NCBI RefSeq assembly: GCF_009914755.1
Contig: NC_060935.1
Strand: one strand, 5' to 3'
Origin: the human T2T-CHM13v2.0 reference genome, Homo sapiens
DNA length: 64,000 nucleotides
Both the position numbers and the translations under genes were made by a program. The notes under the pieces were generated by a model that saw nothing but the letters and a program-made list of their open reading frames with translations, had not been told where the DNA came from and searched no databases. Positions 30,631 through 43,406 of the stretch are shown here, piece by piece (positions within the stretch are counted from its first letter, which is position 1; each line of letters starts with the position of its first letter).

Positions 30631-33600
30631 ACAGTGGATGGGTGGGCTGCAGTGAGATACCAACTCTTGGGATGGGATGCCTAGCCATGAAGGCCATGTA
30701 GGTCATAGGAGGGAGTTCGTTGACACTTTATCTCCTCTTTACCAGTTGGGACTTGCTGGCCAGCCTTCCAGAGGTCTAACACTGAATGCTGCCAGCCTCT
30801 CCTGCTGGCTTCAGGGCCTCCTTGTGTCAAAAGTGATTGCAGCTCCAGACAACTGAGCCCCACTGACAGACACCTCCCATCCTAACACCCACCCTAACCT
30901 TTCACCAAAGGCCACAGGACCAAGATGGGAAGGCTGAGACTGTGCCACAGCAGGGCTTCCTATGACCCCAAATGGGGGTCAGCTTTTGACTCTGGTGAGA
31001 TACATTGGAGAACCAGATTAACACCAGATTCCTCATAGAGCAACTTAGTTATGCCAAGCATATTCTCAGTGGCGACGTGCAAACCGCATTTATCCTATGT
31101 GGTAGGGAATGAGACTTTTCTCCATAAATGCATCATCACATACTGCAGCCTTCTAAGTGTTAACCATTTTGTCCACCGATTTGGCAAAAACAGACTCGTC
31201 TTTCAAGATTCAGCTCAAAGTCACTTCCTCTGTGAAGCCACTCCTGTTCCTCCTCCCCCATCCCAACACCTAGTAGAAGCCAAGCCCTTCTGAGGCTTCT
31301 GATGTCTGCCATTGGGGAGAATTTCCCTTTTATTTCTGCCTCTTTGTCTCCCTCTGCTAGAGTGCAAGTCCTTTGAGGGCAAAGCATGTTTTAATCATCT
31401 TGGACTCCCCAGGGCCCAGGACAAAAATTGGCTCTCGGTAGTTAATAAGTGTTTGTTGAACAAAAGGATGGCTACATTTTTTGCCCTTTTCCTTCATTAT
31501 TAAATATTAAATGTTCCTATTTACATATTCTGCCTTACTGAAGAGGTGTTGCTGGTCCCTACACAAAACGGTCCCTGATGACTGTACTCTGATATTTCTT
31601 ACATTCTTTCCCTGTGAGTCTGTTTCTAACGGCAACCTCATCTTCTAAATGTAATTTCACACATGTTACTAAATCACTTTGCTTCAGCCTGAACCTAGGA
31701 TGTTGCTTCTCCTTCAGAATAAGATGCCAGCTGGGAATATAGATCCAGGCAGTCCCAGAAGCCCCATGCTAACAACTTCTGCTAATTCTTAGGCTGATTA
31801 TGTGGATTATTGAATAGATCGTCTTTCTGCTTTTTATCCTTTAAACTCTCTCTGCTTGGCCTTGTCTGTTTCATCAGTAAAGGTGGGCATGGGGAACATA
31901 GAGACTGTGAAATCTAAACCTACTCTACTCCACTTCCATTTGGTCAGGTTTTGGAATAAAAAAATCTACTCTATTAGTAAAGAATTATAGTCATTTTAGA
32001 GCCATTCTCTGAGTAAAACTGTCAATTAATAAACTTGGCCATTCTGTTTGGGGAATAAAAGAAAGGAGGAGGGAGTTAAGGAGCTTATTTCCCCCAATTC
32101 TCTAACTCACCAATGGGTTTGTGGCTGCAATTGCCTGAAGTCCCATTGACTGTGTTGCCTGCCTATTGAGTAGGATCTTCTGGGGTACATACAACTTAAA
32201 TGTAGTTTTGAAAGTTGCTTGTCTTTCTCTCAGGTCATATTGCTAATATTGTATACATTGCCAATTGAGCAATCAGTTTACCAACTAGAGGAAATCTGGC
32301 TCACTAGATTTACTGAGCACCTGCTGTATACCAGGCTCTAGACTGGGTGCCCTGTCTCCTTGACCTCTAATCTTCACAAGCAATCTAGGAAAAGTGTTAT
32401 GAACATTTTAGAGATGAAGGAAGAGACTCAGAGAGGTTATTTACTTCTTGCTCAAGCCCATACAGCAATGATTTCCCAAACCTGTAGGGTGTTTCTTCCT
32501 TGGGTGTTTTGTAGCGGGGAAAAAGAAAGTCAAAGCCTGTTTCCATTATCGTGGATTTTAGGGAAAGGGGAGTATTAAACATAGTAATCAGAGAAGCCTG
32601 GTTCTTCTGAAGCTTCTGACTGTCATCAAATTGGAAGTTAATGCTGGGGGAGAAGCTCTGTGTGAAGGACCCACATACTCCCGTCTCTGGCCCAGCCCAA
32701 ACTGCCTTGGCTTACCTGAGGCTGCCAGTGACTTCTGGCTCCTAGATCTTCATCTTGCAGCTACGTGGACAAGGTGGGTGCAGCCTGGTGCCTTATGTCT
32801 GTGCTGTAGCTTCTTAACAGCAAGTGAGATGGTAGCAGGCATGGAAGGCCATCGGTGGGAAGGGAAAGGAGGGGTTGTCATAGACCAAGGAGGGTGACCA
32901 CAGCATTCCACAGATTCAAAAATGCCCATTTTTAACATTGTAGCATTTTACAAGTCAGAATGCATCTTACAATTGATATGTACATGAAATGTAGGATTCC
33001 TTTTCCAGATAAACTGTTAGTGCATCATTGATACCTCTTATACGCAATGGCATCCTGGATTCAAGGAACTATGGCAGGTTTCATCTTATGTGTCAATTCT
33101 GATCAAGTGGTGGAGACTATCTGGAGTTTGGGAGGAGAAAGGTCTGGTGCTATGTCCATGGCAGTGGTGAACAACAATAAACTGAGTGGGGCGTCACTGT
33201 GCATGAGAGATGGCATAGAATCCTACTGTCGGGCATTTGCGCCTTCATCCAATATCTTTGGTATTAAATGGAGGAGCACCTGCCATATCTTCAACTGTAA
33301 ACTAAAGGACACAAAACACAGGAAGCATTTCCAAGGGACCAGGTCAGAGGCCTGCCTCTTCTCATGCAGATTTGTGACTGTGGCCTTTTTAAATACTTTT
33401 TTAAAGTATTAATTTAATTATAAAAATAGTACATGCATGCTATAATACAAAGATACAGAGGTACATGAAATTTTAAATGTCTCATTGTATAGATGTTACT
33501 ATTACTGGCCTTATAGATTTTTACCCTTCTTCTATTGTAAACAAATGTGTCTTTGTGTATGTCTGTGCACGTACACACACACACTTGTCTGTCTATGGAG

Positions 33601-33742
33601 AAAATCTTAACAGAATTGTGGGCAGGCCTCATTTTTAATGGGCACAACATAGTCTACTTAACCTCTCCCCATTGAGGTTTGGCTCAAAGCTTATTTCTTG
33701 TTTCTTATGAGTGTAAATGCTCAGAATAACCTGTATGACCAG

Positions 33743-34125
33743 TGTCATAGTCCATTCATGCTGCTATAACAAAATACCACAGATTGGGTTATTTATAAAG
33801 AATAGAAATGTATTTCTCACAGTCTGGAAGCTGAGAAGTACAAGATCTAGGTGCCAGCAAGTTTAGTGTCTGGTGAGGACTGTTTTCTGCTTCCAAATGG
33901 TGCCTTGTTGCATGCTCTGGAGGGGACAAGCACTGTGTCCTCAGGTGGTAGAAGGGATAATATAAGCAGTTTCATCTCTTAAGACCTTTATAAGGTCACT
34001 AATCCCATTTATGAGGGCTCTGCCCTCATGACTTAATCACCTCCTAAAGCCTCCACCTCTTAATAGTATCACATTGATTATTACTTTTCAACATATGAAT
34101 TTTAGGGGACATTCAGACCATAGCC
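33743..34125 (-). mobile_element. MLT1A/MSTD-type solo LTR
   Basis: tgtcatagtccattcatgctgctataacaaaataccac ... ggggacattcagaccatagc. Confidence 0.85.
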
Positions 34126-37100
34126 ACAAGGAATGCTTTACTTACATTTTAAATTAGTTTATTAAGATGGTTTCCCAGAAACATAAACATGCTTAAGGTT
34201 TCTGATAATTTCTGAATTGATATGTCAAAGATGTGGTTGATTGACACTTGTTAACTATGGGTAAATTTAAACTCAGTAACAAAGCTTTTGTGTTTCCATT
34301 ACCAAAGAACAAGAAACTATTGGAGGTAAGTCATTGTATATTTATGTTGGCTGTTTGGCGATGTCCTTGTTAGGAATGGAGTGAGTCATGCTGCCTGAAT
34401 GCAGTGTGTCAGAGGCTCAGGGTCTCAGGGACAATATCCAGGCTCTAGGTCACCTTTGACTTTACCTGCCTTATCTGACCGGCTCATAGCAGGCTGGGGT
34501 AAGTTCATGTTGCCACGGATTCTAGGAGGGATCTCTGAAGTGTCAAGTACTGCCTTTTCTTCTCATGGTTCAGTGCAGATGGCCGCAGAGGGCAGGATAG
34601 TTGATGACTTATTCTCTGGAGTCATCCAATCTTGGGATTAATTCTTTTATATTCATTTGCTGGGAAGGGAAAGGAAGAAAAGGGGAAGAAGCTCTGATGG
34701 CAGTTCCCTCTTCCTAGATTCCCTGCTGGTGGTGCCTCAGGAACTTCCTTTCTTTTTGGGTATACCCTCCTTTCTTTCCTTCCTTTCTCAGTGTTTACTA
34801 TTTGTGGGAGCATGTACTAAGTGCTACGCACTTTACACATGTGATCTCATTTAACTCAATCCATTTAACTGAACTGCCAAGAGGCTAAGTGGCTTACAAA
34901 ACCAATTCTATGATCTTTACATTTTTACTTGTGCAAACGTGTGAGAAAGTTTAACTGGTGAAACATCTGTCAGGTGAAGACTGATGTGCTTTCTATGGGT
35001 CAGCAAGAAGGCAGAAGTATATCCATCTAAGTATACATTTATATCAAAATAATTTATTTGGACCCATGTAACTATAGCATTGATTATTGTTTTCTAAATT
35101 TGATTAGCAGTCAACTGAACATACTATTCGTTTATTGCAATTGGGTACTTTAAAACAAGTTCTCAGAGTAAGGGTTTTTTTTCTGTTATATTTTTATACT
35201 CACATTAAAAAAAGAAATATATACCCAATCTTGTTCAAAAAGAATTTAGGATAGCTCATATCTGGTTTAATCTAAAATTAATACTTTAAAAATGGAATTT
35301 TAAAATGATAATTTTAGTAGTGTTTTGGAGACTAAAATTGGGAAAGTCAAGAAGCTGGCTGTTGACTCACACTATTGGTTTCACATTGCAGAAGATAATG
35401 TGCCATTTTTTTCATTTCAATTCAGGCAACGCTTCCTGATCACCTACTAAGTGCTGGGCACTGCATGTGGCCAGTAAGACCTCCATGTGTTGCACAGTAG
35501 CTGACAGCAGATCAGCAGACTTTTGCTACCAGGATGGGCACAGGGCACTCTAACTTTGCAAAGCAGCCTTTAGGGCCTCTTTTCAGGTGCCCAGAGATTG
35601 CTACGGTGTAAGGGAAACTTTTGTATGTTCCAGGGCTGGTGTCAGGCCCATTTTCATTGGCAGTGACCTTCCTGGCATATGCTGCATTTTCCTATGTTGG
35701 TGAGAAATTTAATTTTACTCTCCAGAGGTATTAGGGAAAATATTACAAACCACTTTTCAAGTTGAGGTTGAACAAATGACCAGGTATAACTGGTTCAGGA
35801 CCCCAAAATAATGTCATTGTTTCTTTAAGCATTGTCATTGAGTTGAAAGCCATGGAGGTCACAAATAAAAAGAGTTAGGCTCATATTCTAAAGATCCCCA
35901 GCTCTTTAATTTAAAAAAAAATCAGTGTCAAAATGTTTTGTTTTAATTACATCATTGTTTTCAGACTATGCTTTAAAGAATTTTAAAATTAGCTTAGTTT
36001 TTTAGTAATCTATGAATAAAGCTTCTCTTCTCGTGTGCCTGCCTTAGAGATGGACTGACTTTTTTGCAAAATGCAGCTTTTATTCTTAGAGAACTTAGTA
36101 GTGCTTAAACTGTGTTCATATTCATCCTGTCATTTGAGCTCTGTGACAGCCTTGTGATGGAGACAGAACTGGATTCTTACCCAAATTTTACAGATGAAAA
36201 GTTAGAGGTTGAACAACTTGCCTAAGGCCACCTTGCCTAAAGTAGCAGGGCCATTTGAGCCCTAGTTCAGGCATATTTCATTGGGCACACTGTCTTTCCA
36301 AATATTTGCAAAATTGGACGCTTGAATAGAAGACCTTCACCAAAACTCTGCTTACTATTTGGCTATTTCAAAAGTTAATTGTTGGATTTGCTGGGACTAC
36401 CTAAGTGTCTTGAAAAATATGTGCATTCTGATAATGGATGCAATACATCAACTAAGTATTTTTAGGCCCCTTGTGTTTTTACACTTGTTACATCTTTGTA
36501 ATGTATTGATCAAACTAATGAGTCGGACTATTTGGAATGAGCAGCTCAGTATTATTTAATGCTGCATTTCTTGTATTTTATTGATCACTTGCCTGATTAA
36601 TTAACTTATACTATACTTGGTTTTAAGAAGACTTTGCTGGAGCTACTGAACAATTCTTTAGCTCACTTTTCTTATGAAATAACCATGGAACAAGGTACTA
36701 TTTAGAGTCTTTGGGTCTTGTTGCGAATTTGTGGGTAGAAAATGTAAGATATATTTCAATACATGGATATAATCCATTTACAAGTAGCTAGACGGCCTTT
36801 GTTCAAATTTGACCACCTTTCAGACAATGAGCTTCACCTCTCAACTCTGCAGGAAGCCCTTAGTAGGTCCCAAATGGAAATAGGATCTACTCTGTCATAA
36901 CTATCAAGCCTGAGATCTTAAGGCATCCAGGTAGTCACTTAGGAATGAAGAGGCAAGGATAGATTCAAACAACATTTCAGAGGTAGAAATTGGCTTGTTC
37001 AGTTTAGAAATGACATGGAAATTTCTAGTTTAATGATGCCAGTAACTGAGAGACCAACGGAGGGGCAGGGGCTGAAGGAAGGGGCTGGATTGAGTTTGAA

Positions 37101-37751
37101 ATATTGTATCCTTCTCCTGAGGAGGTTATAACTTGGTTTGGGAATGTGGAGTTGACATGGATGAGAAAAGATAAGTAAACAAATGACTAAACTGCAGTAT
37201 GATAAGGCCAGAGACAGAGATCTGCAGAGCATGCTGGGAGAACAATTTGTGGAGGTTGAGAAGTCAGAAAAAGCCTCCTAGTGGGCCTGACACATGGGCT
37301 ACATTGTAGAAGAATTAATTAGGGAGAGTGTAGCACAGGGCATTCAATGCAGTAAAGGCAGTCTATACAAAGGCTCCAACGGTACAACAAGAGCCAGTAG
37401 ACCAGGCAAGTTCAGTGGGCTGGAGGTTTTAGGATGGTTGAAAGATTTGAAAAGAAGCAGCAGCTTAGTCATGAAGAGCCTGGTAATAGCAGCCAGCACT
37501 TGTAAGCATTTACTGCAAGCCAGGCATCGCAGAATAGTTCAGAATATGTTTAGAAGGTAGAATTGTCAGTATGTGGTGACCAGTTGGACATGGGGTAGAA
37601 AAGAGAAGTACAAGTCCAAAGAGAGTCCCAAGTTTCTGCCTTGACCAAGACAGAGTTTGAATGAGGAGCCTATTTATGAGGGAGAAGGCTGATGAGCTCC
37701 ATTTGGGACCTGTACAATTCAAGGTTCCTTTAGTCATCCATAGTATTTGGA

Positions 37752-38090
37752 TGTATGGAGTCTGAGACCAGACTGCCCCGGTTTGAATCCTAGCTCAGCC
37801 ACTTAGGAGACTTATGACCATGGGTAAGTTACTTAATCCCTCTGTGCCTCAGTTCAGTTTTCTCACTAATAAGATGGGAATAATGGCACTTAACCTTATA
37901 GAGTAGTTGTGATATTTAAATTTTACATAAAATTATGTATATTAATTATATATTATACGTAATTTTATAATGTGTATAATTATATAAATATACAATGTAT
38001 ATAAAATTGTATATGATTATATATATAATTTAGGTTCTAGATCATAACAGGCACTTGATAACTTATTGTTATTAATTATTATCATTATAT
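37752..38090 (+). mobile_element. MIR with an internal AT-rich low-complexity tract (about 37920-38030)
   Basis: gagtctgagaccagactgccccggtttgaatcctagctcagccactta...aagttacttaatccctctgtgcctcagtt. Confidence 0.78.
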
Positions 38091-38167
38091 AGTTCTGAGA
38101 CTCAAGGACCTGGGTTGACACCATCAAGGTAGAGTATTATATATGATCATTATGTATGATCATTATG

Positions 38168-38730
38168 TATCTCTTAGGAGGTATTTGGCTATAAGAAACA
38201 GAAAATCCAATCATGGCTTTTATCATGGGTTCTTTTATTGTTTAGCAAGGAGTTTGGAGATAAATGGCTTCCACATTCTTTTAGCAGCTCAGTGACATCA
38301 GGTCCCTGGACTAGTAGCTCTGTGATTCACTCAGCCTTTCTCTTCTATTCCATAAAATGGCTGTGCTAGCTCCTCCGGTTCATAAATTGGCCACACTAGC
38401 TCAAAGCATGTCACCCTCACCAACAGTGTTCTAAATAGGAGAGAAGGAGGATAGTGGGGGAAAACACTCTCCTCATAGGCCACTACCCCTTTTGTCAGAG
38501 AGGAAAATCCCAGAAGCCTCCTGGCTGATGTTTCTGTACCTCTCATTAGCCAAAAGCAGGTCACATGGTCACCTGAAACTCAAGGAAAGGAACAGGATAG
38601 CCATAATTGGTTTAGACCAGTCATGATTCAATCTCTGGGGTTGGACACTGTAAATCCTAAACAAATAGGGTCTTTTAGCAAAAGAGAAGGAGGGAATGGC
38701 TGTTGGGCCAGTAATTAAGAATGTGCACCA
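38168..38730 (-). mobile_element. Old MLT1 (J/K-like) LTR
   Basis: ggctataagaaacagaaaatccaa...ctcattagccaaaagcaggtcacatggtcacc...ggtttagaccagtcatgattc. Confidence 0.55.
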
Positions 38731-41700
38731 CTCTAGGGAGGGAGGACATTTAGAGAAGAGGACAAGAGGAGAACCCAGGACTCCATGACATTCATAGGTC
38801 TTATAGGGAACAGGGGCCAGGGAAGAGATTTCAAATGCCAAGGAAATAGGAGAAGAAATCCAGAGAAGCACCCCAAAGGGAAGAGCTGGGGGAGAGGCAA
38901 GTCTACAGGGGTACATCTGGCAGAGCTTTGAGCAGAATGAGGCTGTAAAAAGCTGTCAGAGTTGGCAGTGAGGAGGTCAGAGTGACCATTGCCAGTGCAG
39001 ATTCAGTGATGCCAAGGGTTAAGAAGAGAATGGTGATCTCTATCATATGCAGTTGGTAGGCGTGCAAATTAATCCAAAATTTGTATTAGTTTGGCACTGT
39101 GTGCCAAAATTTAAAATGCTCATACCCTTTAACTCTGAAATTTCACTTCTAGGAATTAATTCAACTGGCCAATTTAGACAAGTGGAGGCTGATGTAAGTA
39201 CGAGGATGTTGATTGCAGCCTTGTTTGTTATAGCAAAACAAAAAAAGAGGGGTGATTGATCTGATCTGAAAGCCCATCATATAGGATTAATTATAATAAA
39301 TGGTAGTACATCTTGGCAGTGGAATACCAGGAACAGTAGAAAAGAACTGAAGTTCTGGAGTCCCACAGCCAGGGTTTAAATTCTGGTTCTGCCATTTACC
39401 AGCTGTGTGACCTCAGCTCTCTGTGAACATTTCTGGGACTCAGTTTCTTTAGCTGTAAAATGGGATAATTATAATACTAACTCATAGAGCTATAGTGAGG
39501 AATAAGGATGCAGATATAAGTGAAATACACTGAATATTTCTGGCACAGATTATTATGCAGTAATTTAAAAAGATTTGGCAGATTTACATGTATGTTTAAA
39601 AGATTGTTTATAAGATGTTAAGAGAAAGAAATGAGGTTACAGAATATCACGATATAATGATCCAACAGGTGGTTTTATCTGGGAGGTAAAATCCTGGGCA
39701 CAATTCACTTTCTACTTTATACCTATTTGTATTTTTTACCTTTAAAACAAGGCATTTAATGTCTTATTCACCTGGCCAATTATAAGCCACAGGAGGGAAG
39801 CTACCATTTCTGTTTTGTTCACCACAGTATATCATAATATCTGGCATATTACAAGCAGATGATAAATATGTGTTGAATGAGTGTATGAAAAAATAGTAAG
39901 TTGTGTTTAGAAGGAAATTCCATAGGCCAAGAGTTCAAAGATGCAGTAGTTCTGCACCAACAAGTCCCCGGGTAGACCTCAGGGACAAGGCTGCAGAAAT
40001 GAAGCAGAAGTCAGGGCTGAGGGTTGTATATTGGTCTTCAGTATGAATGCCTCAGCTTCTGAAACAGCTCAGGTTGCAAAACCTGAGGAAGAAGAGGGAA
40101 AACAAGCCCCAAAGCACCAGGATCCAGTCCCTGGTTTTGTTCAGCACTTCCCAAACAGGCTGAATCTGAGAGCCAAATCACATTTTAGAATTGCAGGGCA
40201 TTTTGGTGCCATTGAGTCATTTCAACTTCAGAAAACCCAAGGCCCTGGAAGGAGGAGTTCTCCAAGTTCCTACAAGACCTGAGACGACCCTGCCCTGTGT
40301 TTCCCAATTCCTGCTCTAGTGCTGGCTCCTTCTTCCAAGGACTGAACATTGTAGATTTCTGATACACACGAAGTTGTTTTCAGAGGATGTCCATTCATTT
40401 GACTCCTAAGAAACCCAGTTCTCTTAAGCACAATTCAATGGCTTGCGTCTCTAAAGTTCACTGATCACCCATCGCTCTTGCTCTTTATTTGTAAAGAACA
40501 AAGGGACCAGGGATGTAATTAACTCACCCACATTTCCCATTGTCCTTAAGTCTTTTGTGCAAGCATTGATTGTTGTTTTTATTGTTGAAAGCAGAATTGT
40601 TCTCCTGGCAACACACATCCAGAAAGAGAGCCCAGTGAGGGACTCAGCAGGTGATGCTGTTGAAGTTTGACCTTACCGTTTGGAAGAATAAAAGAAAAAG
40701 CCAAAAAAAGCAATAATTGAGCAGAGGGTCGTTATGAATTGGTTACTATTCTATACTATTAAATGCTTTGGGAGAAAAGACATTTGGTTATTTTTAAGTG
40801 CATTTAGGAATTCAGAATATCAGCCAGCTGAGCTCCCAAGTACAGGTCCTCAGGGGATTCAGTTTAATGAATCTTTAAGAGCAGCCTGTTGTTAACATAT
40901 TACAATTAGCACAGGTAAATGGAGGATTCGAATGTGCTTCTGGCAAATAATCTGTTCTCACTTTTATATCTTAGTCATTACTTACTCATACATTGATGTT
41001 TACTCTGAGGTTGTTTTGCTGGGAAGAAAGGATACACTTAGCAAAGCAAGATGATATGGCAGAAGAGAGCTTGAGATTTGGGATCTAAATATGACCGGGT
41101 GGAATATTGGCTCTGTTCATTAGTACAGTCGTGTGGTCCTCAGGAAATTGCTGAAATCCTCTGAATCTGTTTCCTCCTCTATAAAATGGGGATTATAAAA
41201 CCTGTTTCAGTGGATTGTTCAGCTGATTCAACCAAATCATGTTAAAAGGGCTGCTGCATAGCTCAATAAACTTTAGCTTCTTTCCCTCAAAGTTAAGCTT
41301 TTCTTCCCTGTTCATCTAAAAAATCAAGCAATGAATTACTGAAACCTTTTCATAGGGAAGAGAAGGCAATGTTTTGGGTTCTTTACCCACATTTTGCCCA
41401 TACATTCGACTTTATCCAAAGAACGCTTTGAGTTGCTGCAACCACCTGCACGCTGAGAAGACAAAGGTGAGGAGTAGGGTTAAAAGCAGGTTCATGTAGG
41501 TTCAACTGGAAAACCAGCTGCCACGGAAGCCTCAGGCATATCTAAATTTGTTCCTCCCTCTTTTCCTTCCTAACTCCTTAAGGTTTGTGGGCGGGATCAT
41601 GTAGGATGACGACAGCCAAAGGGAACCATCCAAGGCTCTGAGGTGGAGGGAGCTCTGCTTGTTTAAGGAACTGGAGCTCGGTGGGTGAGACAAATGGTGG

Positions 41701-42310
41701 CAGGAGATGATGCCTGAGAAGTTGGCAGGGACCAGATTAGGTGGGGAATTGCAAGCTGGCATTATAAAGTTTGGATTTTAAGTGTAATGGAAAGCCACTG
41801 GAAGTCTTTAAACAGGGAAGTGACATGATTTATTATTTTAAATGTGCGCTCTGGCTTCTGTGGGAAGATTGGATTGTAGGGGCTAAGTATGGAAGCAGAG
41901 AGATAAGTTAGAAGGTTGTTGCAGTGGTTTATTGAGTTTGGGTGCTTTAGGGTGCTGGAGAGAAATACTGTGAAGGTAAAACTGACAGGCAGTCAAAGGT
42001 GAGGCTTAAATGAAATAACATAAATGAAGTGCCAAGTGTGTAGTAGATAATTAACAACACAAGTTCCCTCTCTTCGTGCTACAACTATATCAACAAAGTG
42101 ATGTTTTTCTCTGGAATTGGATATAGGGAGATGATAAATTAATAACCACATTTTCTCAGCTATGGATTTGTTCTTTGGAGGTGGGCTGACTGGGAGATGG
42201 AGGTCAGCTTTTGCAGATCACAGCCTGCCAACTGGGAACACTTGCGAAAGGAAGAAATAATAGAAGCAGGAAGCAGGAAAGGAGGGAAGAGCAGTATGGA
42301 AAAAAGACTG

Positions 42311-43406
<1,096 letters not shown>

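Noticed and set aside
38142-38167. 13-bp tandem duplication (tatgatcattatg)x2
   Set aside because: Real, but AT-rich slippage at an LTR edge with no functional motif.
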